46,135 bases of DNA, taken from NCBI GenBank assembly GCA_944363885.1, contig CALVVO010000003.1, positions 1 to 46,135 of the forward strand. The letters are read 5' to 3'. The notes under the pieces are model-generated. The model ran no database searches. It saw nothing but the letters and a program-made list of their open reading frames with translations, and was not told the origin of the DNA. Shown piece after piece: positions 28,656-37,536 of this stretch (positions are counted from its first letter, which is position 1; each line of letters begins with the position of its first letter). This DNA comes from an uncultured Bacilli bacterium (lineage in GTDB: Bacteria; Bacillota_I; Bacilli_A; RF39; UBA660). The translations under genes and the position numbers were made by a program.

Positions 28656-29807
28656 ATGAAAAAATTATTTGTTTTATTAGGCTGTTTGTTTTTATTGTCT
28701 GGCTGTTATAATCATAGAGAATTAAATGATCTTGCTATTTGTAGTGGACTTGGTGTTTCCTATAGCGAAAATAAGTATACTTTAACTTTGCAGGTTGTTA
28801 ATACAAGTGCTTTTGATGCTAAGTCTTCAAATAATAATGCTTCTTTTTCTGTTTATACTGAAGAAGGTAAAACAATATTTGAAGCTATTAATAAAATCAG
28901 TAAAGAACTTTCAAAGGAAATAACTCTTACTCAATTAAAGGTAATAGTTATTGATGAGTCTGCCATAATAGATAATTTGGGAAGTTTAGTTGATTTTTTA
29001 ATGAATGATTTGGAAGTTAGTTTAAATGTTCCTGTTGTAACCTCTTTAAAATCTAATCCTAAAGATGTCCTTAGTGTTATTACTCCTAATAATGAAATTA
29101 ATGCTTCTTATATTTCTAGTCTTATTGAAATCAATAATAGTAAATTTGGTAATGCTTATCCTATAGAACTTTCAAGCTTTTTTGTCGATTATTTGACTGA
29201 TTATAATAGTATTATGTTAACTAATGTTGAATTAAAAGAGTCAAGTGATATGGAAGATAACAATGATGTGTTAAAAGATACTGATAATGCTTCAACTTTG
29301 TATATAGATAATCCGGTTGTTTTTAATAATGAAACTGTTTATAAATTAAATTTGGATGAAAGTATAGTTTTAAATACTATTGAAAATAATATTAATGATA
29401 ATTCTTTGACCTTTGATTGCAATGGTGGGAATTTTTCAATTATGGTTTTAAATTCTAAATTTGGTTTTTCTAAATTTGAAAATAATAATATTTATTTAAA
29501 TGGTAATTTAAAAGGTTCTGTTAATGAATATAATTGTAGTTGGGATTTGGATGATGATCAAACTTTATTTAAACTTGAAAATGTAATTAAAAATAATTTT
29601 TATGACATAATTGATAATGCTTTTAATAAATCAAAAGAGCTTAAACTTGATTTTTTGGAAATTGGAAAATTTATATATAATAATTATCCTGATGAGTATA
29701 AAAAAATAAAGGATGTTAATATTTCTCTTGCCGACTTTAATATTGTTAATAAGATTAGTGTTGATTTAACTAAACAGGGAAATTTAAGGAGAGATATAAA
29801 TGAATAA
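28656..29807 (+). CDS. spore germination receptor, Ger(x)C lipoprotein subunit
   Basis: lipobox LLSGC, Ger(x)C-like N-terminus NHRELNDLAICSGLGV, position within the ger operon. Confidence 0.8.
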   Translation: MKKLFVLLGCLFLLSGCYNHRELNDLAICSGLGVSYSENKYTLTLQVVNTSAFDAKSSNNNASFSVYTEEGKTIFEAINKISKELSKEITLTQLKVIVIDESAIIDNLGSLVDFLMNDLEVSLNVPVVTSLKSNPKDVLSVITPNNEINASYISSLIEINNSKFGNAYPIELSSFFVDYLTDYNSIMLTNVELKESSDMEDNNDVLKDTDNASTLYIDNPVVFNNETVYKLNLDESIVLNTIENNINDNSLTFDCNGGNFSIMVLNSKFGFSKFENNNIYLNGNLKGSVNEYNCSWDLDDDQTLFKLENVIKNNFYDIIDNAFNKSKELKLDFLEIGKFIYNNYPDEYKKIKDVNISLADFNIVNKISVDLTKQGNLRRDINE

Positions 29808-30894
29808 ACAGCTTAATAGTACTAGTTTTTCACTTATGATTAGTGCATTAAATAAATGCTTGTTTTTGGGTCTTTTAATACCATATATGTTTAAAATATC
29901 TAAAACTAGTACATTTATTAGTGTTATAATTGGATTTGTTATAAGTTTGTTCTTTTTTGTTATGCTACTTTTGTTATTTAATGTTAATAGTAATTTGTCT
30001 TTTGTGGGTAAAGTTAAAAATAATTTTTCTAAGCCTTTTTCGTTTTTTGTAACTCATTTGCAAATTGTTATAGTTATTATGTTAGCTTCTATGCTTTTGT
30101 GGCGTCTTTCTTCTTTTACTACTAATGAGTATTTGTATGAAACGCCTATAATTTTAGTTGTTCTTTTAATTTCTCTTCCAATATTTTATATTTCGGTTAA
30201 TAATTTTACTGTATTGTGTAGGTTTAATAATTTATGTTTTATGGCTGGTTTGGTTATTATTATTTTTAATTTTATTGGATTATTGCCTCATTATGATGTC
30301 AATAATTTTAAACCTTTTTTTACTGATAGTTTAGGCAGTATTTTAAATTCAGCTATTCATTACGCTGTTTTAACTATAAGTCCTGTTTTTTTGCTTACTA
30401 TTATCCCTAAAGATAATATTTCTAATAATAAATCATTTAATAAAAAGATGATAATTTCTTTTATTTATTCTAATGTAATGGGTTTTCTTATATTTTTTAC
30501 TATTCAAATGAGTTTGCATATTGATCTTATTAATTTGTATACTTACCCTGCATTTACTGCACTTAAAATTATTAATTTGTCCAATTTTATTGATTCTGTG
30601 GAAAATATTTCGGCAATTTTATGGTATATTTATATAACTCTTGCAATTTGTATGTGCGTGATTTATGCTAAATTTTCAATTAAAGAATTCTATGGTATAA
30701 ATAGTAGTCGCTTTGAGAATATTTTGGGTATAGCTTTGGTTATTTTAATTTTGTTGATTGTTTTGCCTATTGCTAATTTGTCTTATTATTTGGATAAGAT
30801 TTCTATAATGAAATATCCTTTTTATATACTTTTAATCTTGTTATTAAGTTATTTATTTGTACTAATTATTTGTAAATTTAAAAATAAAAACTAA
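29800..30894 (+). CDS. spore germination receptor, Ger(x)B permease-like subunit
   Basis: 364 aa, about 10 TM helices, 8-nt overlap with the C-subunit gene. Confidence 0.8.
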   Translation: MNKQLNSTSFSLMISALNKCLFLGLLIPYMFKISKTSTFISVIIGFVISLFFFVMLLLLFNVNSNLSFVGKVKNNFSKPFSFFVTHLQIVIVIMLASMLLWRLSSFTTNEYLYETPIILVVLLISLPIFYISVNNFTVLCRFNNLCFMAGLVIIIFNFIGLLPHYDVNNFKPFFTDSLGSILNSAIHYAVLTISPVFLLTIIPKDNISNNKSFNKKMIISFIYSNVMGFLIFFTIQMSLHIDLINLYTYPAFTALKIINLSNFIDSVENISAILWYIYITLAICMCVIYAKFSIKEFYGINSSRFENILGIALVILILLIVLPIANLSYYLDKISIMKYPFYILLILLLSYLFVLIICKFKNKN

Positions 30895-30907
30895 CGTTTT
30901 TGTTAGT
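30890..30907. terminator. small hairpin spanning both stop codons of the convergent gerB-like and SDR genes
   Basis: ACTAAC-GTTTTT-GTTAGT; the T-run is good only in the minus-strand direction. Confidence 0.35.
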
Positions 30908-31706
30908 CTTTAAAAAAGTCTCTTTTATTAAATGTGGCTGTCATAAATCTCCACGCTGCTTTTTTATTTGTTAGCCATTCTATTTTAGCATTATTTTTAG
31001 TATTTGTTATCATTTCTTTTACTAAATAATTTGCTACAACATCTGGATAATCACCCAAAATGTTATATACTTTTTTGGTTTTTTCTGACAAATTTATTTT
31101 TTGTTTATTTCCTAATGCATTAGTTATAAAATCAGTTATCATTATACCTGGACTGAGTTTTCCAACTATAACTCCGGTTTTTCTTTCTTCGCTTTCTTTG
31201 GCTAGTGCCTCTGTAAAATATGTTATTGCTCGTTTGCTTGTTCCATATATTGATAGGCCTAACATCATTGCGTCGTTGCTTCCATATCCTTCGATATTGT
31301 ATATTGCTCCTTTTTTGTTTTTAATCATTTCTTGCATTATTAAGTTTGAAGCCATTATTGTTCCTTTTAAATCAACATTTATTACTGTGTTTATCTCGTC
31401 TTCGGTAAGCTCCCAGATTGCTTTTTCTGGTTGGTTTACTCCTGCATTATTTATCCATATGTCTATGTCTTTGTATTTTTCTTTTGCAAAGTTTATTAGA
31501 TTTGTTATATCGCTTGTTTTTGTAACATCACATGCACATAATTCTACGTTTCCCGTTTGAATTAAACTATCTAAGTTCTCTTTTGCTTTTTTTAGGTTTT
31601 CTAAATTTAAGTCACTTATTATCACATTAAAATTGTTTTGTTTAAATACTTTGGCCATTTCGTAACCTAATCCTCTGGCACTGCCAGTTATTACTACTGT
31701 TTTCAT
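30903..31706 (-). CDS. short-chain dehydrogenase/reductase (SDR) family oxidoreductase
   Basis: TGSARGLG cofactor motif, NNAG, catalytic YGTSK. Confidence 0.88.
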   Translation of the reverse strand: MKTVVITGSARGLGYEMAKVFKQNNFNVIISDLNLENLKKAKENLDSLIQTGNVELCACDVTKTSDITNLINFAKEKYKDIDIWINNAGVNQPEKAIWELTEDEINTVINVDLKGTIMASNLIMQEMIKNKKGAIYNIEGYGSNDAMMLGLSIYGTSKRAITYFTEALAKESEERKTGVIVGKLSPGIMITDFITNALGNKQKINLSEKTKKVYNILGDYPDVVANYLVKEMITNTKNNAKIEWLTNKKAAWRFMTATFNKRDFFKD

Positions 31707-31729
31707 ATTTTCTCCTTTTATTTAAATTA

Positions 31730-31805
31730 TGGTGCCGGAAACAGGACTTGAACCCGCAACCTACTGATTACGATTCAGTTGCTCTACCAATTGAGCTATT
31801 CCGGC
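31730..31805 (-). tRNA. tRNA-Thr (anticodon CGU), CCA encoded
   Basis: 76 nt cloverleaf by hand: acceptor GCCGGAA/TTCCGGC, D stem GCTC/GAGC, anticodon stem ACTGA/TCAGT with loop AUCGUAA, T loop TTCAAGT. Confidence 0.93.
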
Positions 31806-31806
31806 T

Positions 31807-31890
31807 TGGTGTGGGTAAAGAGATTTGAACTCTCACGATTTTCATCACATGCACCTCAAGCATGCGCGTCTACCATTCCGCCATACCCAC
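31807..31890 (-). tRNA. tRNA-Leu (anticodon GAG), class II with long variable arm, CCA encoded
   Basis: 84 nt: acceptor GTGGGTA/TACCCAC, anticodon stem CATGC/GCATG with loop UUGAGGU, variable arm GAT-GAAA-ATC, T arm GAGAG-TTCAAAT-CTCTT, discriminator A. Confidence 0.93.
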
Positions 31891-31898
31891 ATAAAGGC

Positions 31899-32393
31899 TT
31901 ATAATTTTAAACCTTTAACAAAATTTTCTTTATATTCTATTACTTGTTCTTGTGACATTAAATTAATTTTCTCTATATAAGTATCTGCGATATATTGGTA
32001 AAATGAATCTCTTTTAGCATAACCTTTTTGTAAATATATCATTTCACCTACTTCATAATCTTTATGCTCACATTCAGAATACCTATGTACTTTTGATAAT
32101 AAATATATTTTCTTCCCTTTAAATGTTATTACTCCATTAATGGATCTATTTTCTAAAATTATATCTGAGTCATCTACCAATGTTAATGATCCGTTAAATT
32201 CAAAATCGTTTTCATTTACTTTTTTAAAAGACATTTCTACTATTTCTAATTTACTTATCCCGTTAACGCTGTATGCACTGTTACTTATTTCTTTACTTCC
32301 TAATAAAACTGACAGACATTTATCAAATTCTTCATCAGTTATATTTTTTTGTCTAAAACTTGTTTCTAATAATACTTTGTCTTCACTTGTCAT
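31899..32393 (-). CDS. hypothetical protein coupled to the ABC-2 exporter
   Basis: 164-aa ORF, ATGA overlap with the upstream permease stop; no motif recognised. Confidence 0.5.
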   Translation of the reverse strand: MTSEDKVLLETSFRQKNITDEEFDKCLSVLLGSKEISNSAYSVNGISKLEIVEMSFKKVNENDFEFNGSLTLVDDSDIILENRSINGVITFKGKKIYLLSKVHRYSECEHKDYEVGEMIYLQKGYAKRDSFYQYIADTYIEKINLMSQEQVIEYKENFVKGLKL

Positions 32394-33715
32394 TAATCTT
32401 TTTGCCTCATTGCTTTAAAAAGTTTTGTCCATAATTTACTTGTAGAATAATTTAATATTCCAACTTTATAAACTCTTATTCCATATTTAAAGAATAATCC
32501 TATAACAATTATTAATAATACTATAGATATTATTATTTCTGTTATTCCTATTTGTCCCATTATTAATAGAACTGGTGCGAGTAGTGCTGATATAAAAGGT
32601 ATTATCGAAAATACAGTGATAAATGTTGCATTTTCAAATCCAGATGCCATAAGTGCTAAATAATATCCAACCATTATAAGTATCATCATTGGTGTTTGTA
32701 ATTGTTGATAGTCTTCGATACTTGTTGTCATAGATGCCAATATTCCTGCAAGTAATGAATAAGCAATTATGCTTAGTACAAGTAATATAATTATTAGAGG
32801 TAGAGCCAACATTACTTCTTGTAGTAAGCTCGAAGCGCTTATCATCTCCCCAACTTGATTTAAGTTTATTCCAAAACTTTCAATTATTCCTGTTCCATTT
32901 ATTTTAGAACGTATTATTAAACCTATTGCTCCATAAATTAACATTAGTATGCTTTGTAATAATACAAATGCATTTACTGTTACCATTTTTGATATAAAAT
33001 GCGTCTTTGGTGATACGCTAGAGATAATTATTTCCATACTTTTTGAAGTTTTTTCTTCATTAATCTCTGCACCTATCATTTGTATTACAAATATAACTAT
33101 TAAGAAAAATGGAATTATAAAAATTGGGATTAATGTATAACTAAATGTTTTTATGTTTTCTGCTGCTTCATCATATTCAGTATTTAACATTACTTTTGAT
33201 ATTTCTACGCTTTTATATATGTTTGCTAATTCTTCTGCACTAATATTGCTTTGTTGAATTGCTATATTCATTCTTATTGTATTTAAAGTATTTAGTATTC
33301 TTTGTTCTAAACCTGAATCTATTTCATCGTAAGCAGTCAATTCTGCTGCTAATATGTTTTCTTCGTCACTTTTTATGGTAAGAATTATGTTTTTGCTTTC
33401 ATCTTCTTTTATATCGTTTTCTAAGTCTTCTTTACTTTCTTCTAATTTTTTAAATTCTATATCTGTTTGTGAAATTGTAAAACTTTCTGTTTGTTCAAAA
33501 GTATTTATGAATGTGTCATATAAATTGTTTGTTTCGTCATTTATGTATACTTCTGTTGCAGTGTCAAAGTCGCCACCAAAAAACTTTATTATGGTATCTA
33601 TATTGATTAATATAGGTATCGCTAAGATAAGAATTATGTTCACTATTTTAAAGGTTTTTGTGTTAACTTTTCTTTTAATCCCTTCGCCTATTAAAAACAT
33701 TAATTTATTTTTCAT
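32393..33715 (-). CDS. ABC-2 family exporter permease (NatB/YhaP-like)
   Basis: N-terminal TM, ectodomain of about 160 aa, then 5 TM helices; start at ATG 33715 after AGGTGA. Confidence 0.75.
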   Translation of the reverse strand: MKNKLMFLIGEGIKRKVNTKTFKIVNIILILAIPILINIDTIIKFFGGDFDTATEVYINDETNNLYDTFINTFEQTESFTISQTDIEFKKLEESKEDLENDIKEDESKNIILTIKSDEENILAAELTAYDEIDSGLEQRILNTLNTIRMNIAIQQSNISAEELANIYKSVEISKVMLNTEYDEAAENIKTFSYTLIPIFIIPFFLIVIFVIQMIGAEINEEKTSKSMEIIISSVSPKTHFISKMVTVNAFVLLQSILMLIYGAIGLIIRSKINGTGIIESFGINLNQVGEMISASSLLQEVMLALPLIIILLVLSIIAYSLLAGILASMTTSIEDYQQLQTPMMILIMVGYYLALMASGFENATFITVFSIIPFISALLAPVLLIMGQIGITEIIISIVLLIIVIGLFFKYGIRVYKVGILNYSTSKLWTKLFKAMRQKD

Positions 33716-34604
33716 ATGATTCACCTACTTTTTCTATAAATATTTCATTTAGTGTAGGTTCTTCTACAATAAATTTTTCTATATTATTTTGTTTTTTTAC
33801 GTAATCAAATACATTTTTTACGTAATTTTTTTCTTTAATGTTTACAATGTATTCAATTCCTGCTTTTTCTACTTTTAATACACCGTCTATTTTTAGTAAT
33901 TCTTCTTTTTTGACGTCTCCTATAATTTTGATGTTTTTCTTCTTGTATTCGTCTTTTATATTTTTTAATTTTCCTTCTAATACTGTTTCGCCTTTTACTA
34001 ATATTAGTAGTTTTTCGCAAAAATACTCTACATGATCCATTCTATGTGAAGAAAATATTATCATTCTTCCTTCATTTTTGTATTCTAATATTACATCTTT
34101 AAATAATTCTACGTTGATTGGATCTAGTCCTGAAAATGGCTCGTCTAATATTAATAATTTTGGGCTGTGCAATATTGCCATTATAAATTGTACTTTTTGT
34201 TGATTACCTTTTGATAGTTCTTTTATTTTTCTGTCTTTGTATTCTAATATATGAAATCTTTCTAGTAATCTATCGAGTTCAGTTTCTACTTGGTTTTTAG
34301 TCATTCCTTTTAATTGTCCGTAAAAAAATGCTTGTTCTTTTACTGTTAATTTTGTTAGTAGGCTTCTCTCTTCTGTTAGAAATCCTATTTTGTCAGTAGC
34401 ATTATAATCAATTGGCTTTTCATCTAGGGTTATTGTTCCTTCTGTTTTGTCTAATAATCCTGTTATCATTCTAAATGTCGTTGTCTTTCCTGCTCCATTA
34501 ACACCTAAAAGTCCAAAGATTTCGCCTTCTTTAACTTCAAAGCTAAGATTTTTTACAGCTAAAAAGTCTCCATAATATTTTGTAACATTGTCTACCTTTA
34601 ACAT
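33705..34604 (-). CDS. ABC transporter ATP-binding protein (NatA/YhaQ-like)
   Basis: Walker A GVNGAGKTT, signature LSKGNQQKVQF, Walker B LLILDEPFSGLD. Confidence 0.92.
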   Translation of the reverse strand: MLKVDNVTKYYGDFLAVKNLSFEVKEGEIFGLLGVNGAGKTTTFRMITGLLDKTEGTITLDEKPIDYNATDKIGFLTEERSLLTKLTVKEQAFFYGQLKGMTKNQVETELDRLLERFHILEYKDRKIKELSKGNQQKVQFIMAILHSPKLLILDEPFSGLDPINVELFKDVILEYKNEGRMIIFSSHRMDHVEYFCEKLLILVKGETVLEGKLKNIKDEYKKKNIKIIGDVKKEELLKIDGVLKVEKAGIEYIVNIKEKNYVKNVFDYVKKQNNIEKFIVEEPTLNEIFIEKVGESYEK

Positions 34605-34632
34605 CCTCTCACCTCGATATCAATCTATATAA

Positions 34633-34661
34633 ATAATACAATATTATGCATAACAGTTCAA
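34633..34661 (-). promoter_or_regulatory. sigma-A-type promoter for the NatAB-like operon
   Basis: TTGAAC (34661..34656), 17-nt spacer, TATTAT (34638..34633). Confidence 0.55.
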
Positions 34662-34662
34662 G

Positions 34663-34688
34663 AAAAAAAACATGCTTAAACATGTTTT
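34663..34688 (-). terminator. intrinsic terminator overlapping the flippase stop codon
   Basis: AAAACATG-TTTAAG-CATGTTTT followed by TTTTC on the minus strand. Confidence 0.5.
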
Positions 34689-36310
34689 CTAATTATCTTA
34701 TTTTTTATATTGTTGACGTAGTTTTCTCCAAATACGTCATATAGTAATTTTGTCTTATAAGCTACTATTATATATGTAATTGCTCCTAGTATTGCATATG
34801 TACCACACACAATAATTATGTTTAATGTGCTGTCACTTCTAATTGGCATAATTTGATTTAATATTAGTAGAACTATTAACATTGAAATTATTGAAAGTGC
34901 TTCTTTTTTTAATATGTTTACAATAGGTTTATATGTAAATGTTAGTTCTCTTTTTAAGCTTGAAAGTGCCAAGAAAAATGATAGCGAATATCCTAATAAA
35001 GTTGCTGCAATTGCACCATAATAAGCTGGTATTCCTATGTTATGGAATAATATCATTAGTGGTATGTCTAATACTGCATTAGTGACAAATCCAAGTATTG
35101 TGTTTAAGTAAACTATTTTAAATTTGTTTAAACTTTGTAAAGTCATGTTGATAGTCATGTGTAAACTAGCTGCAATTGCTGAGTAAACTAAAAATTTTAA
35201 AATTGCACCGCCATACTCACTAGCACCATAAAATAGTGTGTAAACCGGTTCTGATAATATTGACAAACCTACTGCCATAGGTAAAGCAGTTACTATAATT
35301 ATTCCAATTGCTTGAATAAATTTTTTGTTTAATTCTTTTATGTTATTTTTTACATAATAGCTTACCATGTGTGGTATTAGACTTACTCCAAGTCCAATTG
35401 ACACTGAGTTAATGATCATGCATATTTTTGTTCCCCACGTTGCTATTATGCTTGAAATAATTTCACTTTCTTCAGCTGAATACCCTAGAAAATATAAGCC
35501 TCTTATAATTAGTGACATATCAGTAAGACTATATATATCAATTGCAATACTTACTATTATTAGTGGAATTGCATATGTAATTATTTTTTTTATAATTTCT
35601 TTGTCTTTTACTTTTGGTTCCTCTTTGCCTTTTGTTTTTATAAATAATTTTTCATTTTTCTTTATTTTTATTTTTAAATATATATATGCTGCTAAGCCAC
35701 CGAAGAAGGCTCCTGAAATTGCAATAGCGACGCCAGTACTTACACTTCTATGTAATATATTTATGGTAATGTAAGAACCCATTAATATTATTGCAATTCT
35801 AACTATTTGCTCGATTATTTGGCTAGTTGATGATGGTGCAATAAATTTATGTCCTTGTAAATATCCTTTTGTCGCCGATAAAAACGGAATTATTAATAAG
35901 CAAAATGATACGCTTCTTATGCAAAAACCTATGTCTTGTATTGAGTTTCCACCTTCTATGTTTCCAATTATTAGTACTGCAAATTCTTCTGCAAATACAA
36001 ATACTAAAAAGAATGCTATACATGATATTATTGTCATTACGTTTCTACATATTTTGTATGCTCGTTCTTTTGTTTCATACATTTCAAGTGCATTGTATTC
36101 GCTTATTATTTTGCTGATTGCAACCGGCAATCCAGCTGTGGATATATTTAAAAATAGGTTATATACATTATAAGCGTATGAATATAATGCACCTCCATCT
36201 TCACCTATTATTCTGTAGAAAGGAATTACATATAAAGCACCTAATATTTTAATTAATATTATCGCAAAGGTTGCAATAAATGTTCCTTCTACAAATGAGT
36301 TTTTTTTCAT
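34676..36310 (-). CDS. MOP-superfamily flippase (MurJ/YtgP/SpoVB family polysaccharide biosynthesis protein)
   Basis: about 544 aa, about 14 TM helices, N-terminus SFVEGTFIATFAIILIKILGALYVIPFY typical of the family; start at the second ATG (36310) after AAGGAG. Confidence 0.8.
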   Translation of the reverse strand: MKKNSFVEGTFIATFAIILIKILGALYVIPFYRIIGEDGGALYSYAYNVYNLFLNISTAGLPVAISKIISEYNALEMYETKERAYKICRNVMTIISCIAFFLVFVFAEEFAVLIIGNIEGGNSIQDIGFCIRSVSFCLLIIPFLSATKGYLQGHKFIAPSSTSQIIEQIVRIAIILMGSYITINILHRSVSTGVAIAISGAFFGGLAAYIYLKIKIKKNEKLFIKTKGKEEPKVKDKEIIKKIITYAIPLIIVSIAIDIYSLTDMSLIIRGLYFLGYSAEESEIISSIIATWGTKICMIINSVSIGLGVSLIPHMVSYYVKNNIKELNKKFIQAIGIIIVTALPMAVGLSILSEPVYTLFYGASEYGGAILKFLVYSAIAASLHMTINMTLQSLNKFKIVYLNTILGFVTNAVLDIPLMILFHNIGIPAYYGAIAATLLGYSLSFFLALSSLKRELTFTYKPIVNILKKEALSIISMLIVLLILNQIMPIRSDSTLNIIIVCGTYAILGAITYIIVAYKTKLLYDVFGENYVNNIKNKIIRKHV

Positions 36311-36323
36311 ACTGCATAACTCC

Positions 36324-36503
36324 TTAATCTTCATCGTACACTACCATTGCTGTGAAACAATATATTTGTTCTTCACTAAACATTGCTACTGATACTTGAA
36401 ACTTTATATCTATTATATCATTATTTAACGTGCTTAAAAAATTATTTAAACTTGCCTCTAAATCTTTTTCATGATTTTCATCTATTATCTTTACTTTATA
36501 CAT
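36324..36503 (-). CDS. cse60: Cse60-like small sporulation protein
   Basis: 59 aa, pattern VKIIDENHEKDLE...NFL...IIDIKFQV...EEQIYCFTAMVVY recalled as Cse60/YteV-like; ATG after GGTGAG. Confidence 0.55.
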   Translation of the reverse strand: MYKVKIIDENHEKDLEASLNNFLSTLNNDIIDIKFQVSVAMFSEEQIYCFTAMVVYDED

Positions 36504-36549
36504 AGTGCTCACCAATTATAATTTAGCACTTCGTATTTAATTTTTTTGT

Positions 36550-37002
36550 CTAAAATTGTTTTATATAGTAATCTTTTTTTTCATTGCCCTCTTCATCTAT
36601 ATATTTTATCATTGCTTTGAATTCTATGTCTTTTATTTCATTGTCTATAAATCCAATGAGTTGTATACCTTTTATTTCTTCGTTTTCCTTAGTTAAATCA
36701 ATTTTTTCTTCAAATATCCCAGATGTTGGAAAAATATCATCAGTTTCTTGATTGTGAATAACTATTACTTCTATATCGTACATATCTACTTGCGCGTTAT
36801 CTAACGTTAAAACGTACATTGTTTCTTCATCTGTAATTTTTTCTAATTCTATGTTTACTAAATAATTATTAATTTCACTTGCTTCGTTATTTTCTTTTAA
36901 TTCGTTTATATAGTTATTATATATTTTATACTCTTCACTCATCTCGTCAGTTGAACAACCTGTCATTATTATTACCATAATTAGTATTATTATTTTTTTC
37001 AT
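36550..37002 (-). CDS. hypothetical lipoprotein
   Basis: signal peptide with MTGC lipobox-like cleavage site, acidic mature part. Confidence 0.6.
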   Translation of the reverse strand: MKKIIILIMVIIMTGCSTDEMSEEYKIYNNYINELKENNEASEINNYLVNIELEKITDEETMYVLTLDNAQVDMYDIEVIVIHNQETDDIFPTSGIFEEKIDLTKENEEIKGIQLIGFIDNEIKDIEFKAMIKYIDEEGNEKKDYYIKQF

Positions 37003-37041
37003 ATTTTAATTATATATCAAGTATAAAAAAAAAGAAAGTTT

Positions 37042-37476
37042 CTATTTTTCTTCTTTCTTGTGACTTTCTTTTTTTAATTTTTTGTTAATTTCTGTTGTAT
37101 TTCTACATATTACTAAAATTACTAATGAAAATTCAAATGCTAACCTTAATATTAAGTTTCCTATAATTAAGTATGCTAAGAATGCGATAAAACTTGCACT
37201 TATTAATGCAAAAGATGATAATGTTATGTATATTGCTAATATTATATAAGCAACTTTTAATAATACTTCTGCAAACATTGACTTAAAACTTAAAAAGTCA
37301 TATAACCAGCCTATAAATCCTTTATATTTTCCTTCATTAGATTTGTTTAGAAATACTAGATAAACTACAATACCGCCTATTAACGCTGCAACTAAACTAA
37401 CTAGCATCCATGTTGCTGCCGAACTTGCTGTTGATGAAATATTATAGTCTATTCCATAATTACCATATCCGTACAT
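37042..37476 (-). CDS. small membrane protein, DUF4282-like
   Basis: three TM helices, FLSFKSMFAEVLLKVAYIIL...RLAFEFSLVILVICRNT pattern; start at the ATG 7 nt after AGGAGG. Confidence 0.55.
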   Translation of the reverse strand: MYGYGNYGIDYNISSTASSAATWMLVSLVAALIGGIVVYLVFLNKSNEGKYKGFIGWLYDFLSFKSMFAEVLLKVAYIILAIYITLSSFALISASFIAFLAYLIIGNLILRLAFEFSLVILVICRNTTEINKKLKKESHKKEEK

Positions 37477-37536
37477 AAACATCCTCCTTCTATTTATATG
37501 ATATCATATTATTTTTTATTTTAATATATTCTTTTA

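Noticed and set aside
31891-31960. Dedicated promoter for the tRNA pair inside the end of the 164-aa ORF
   Set aside because: A TAAAAT -10-like hexamer exists, but no acceptable -35 or TG extension is present. It is left as an open question in the findings.
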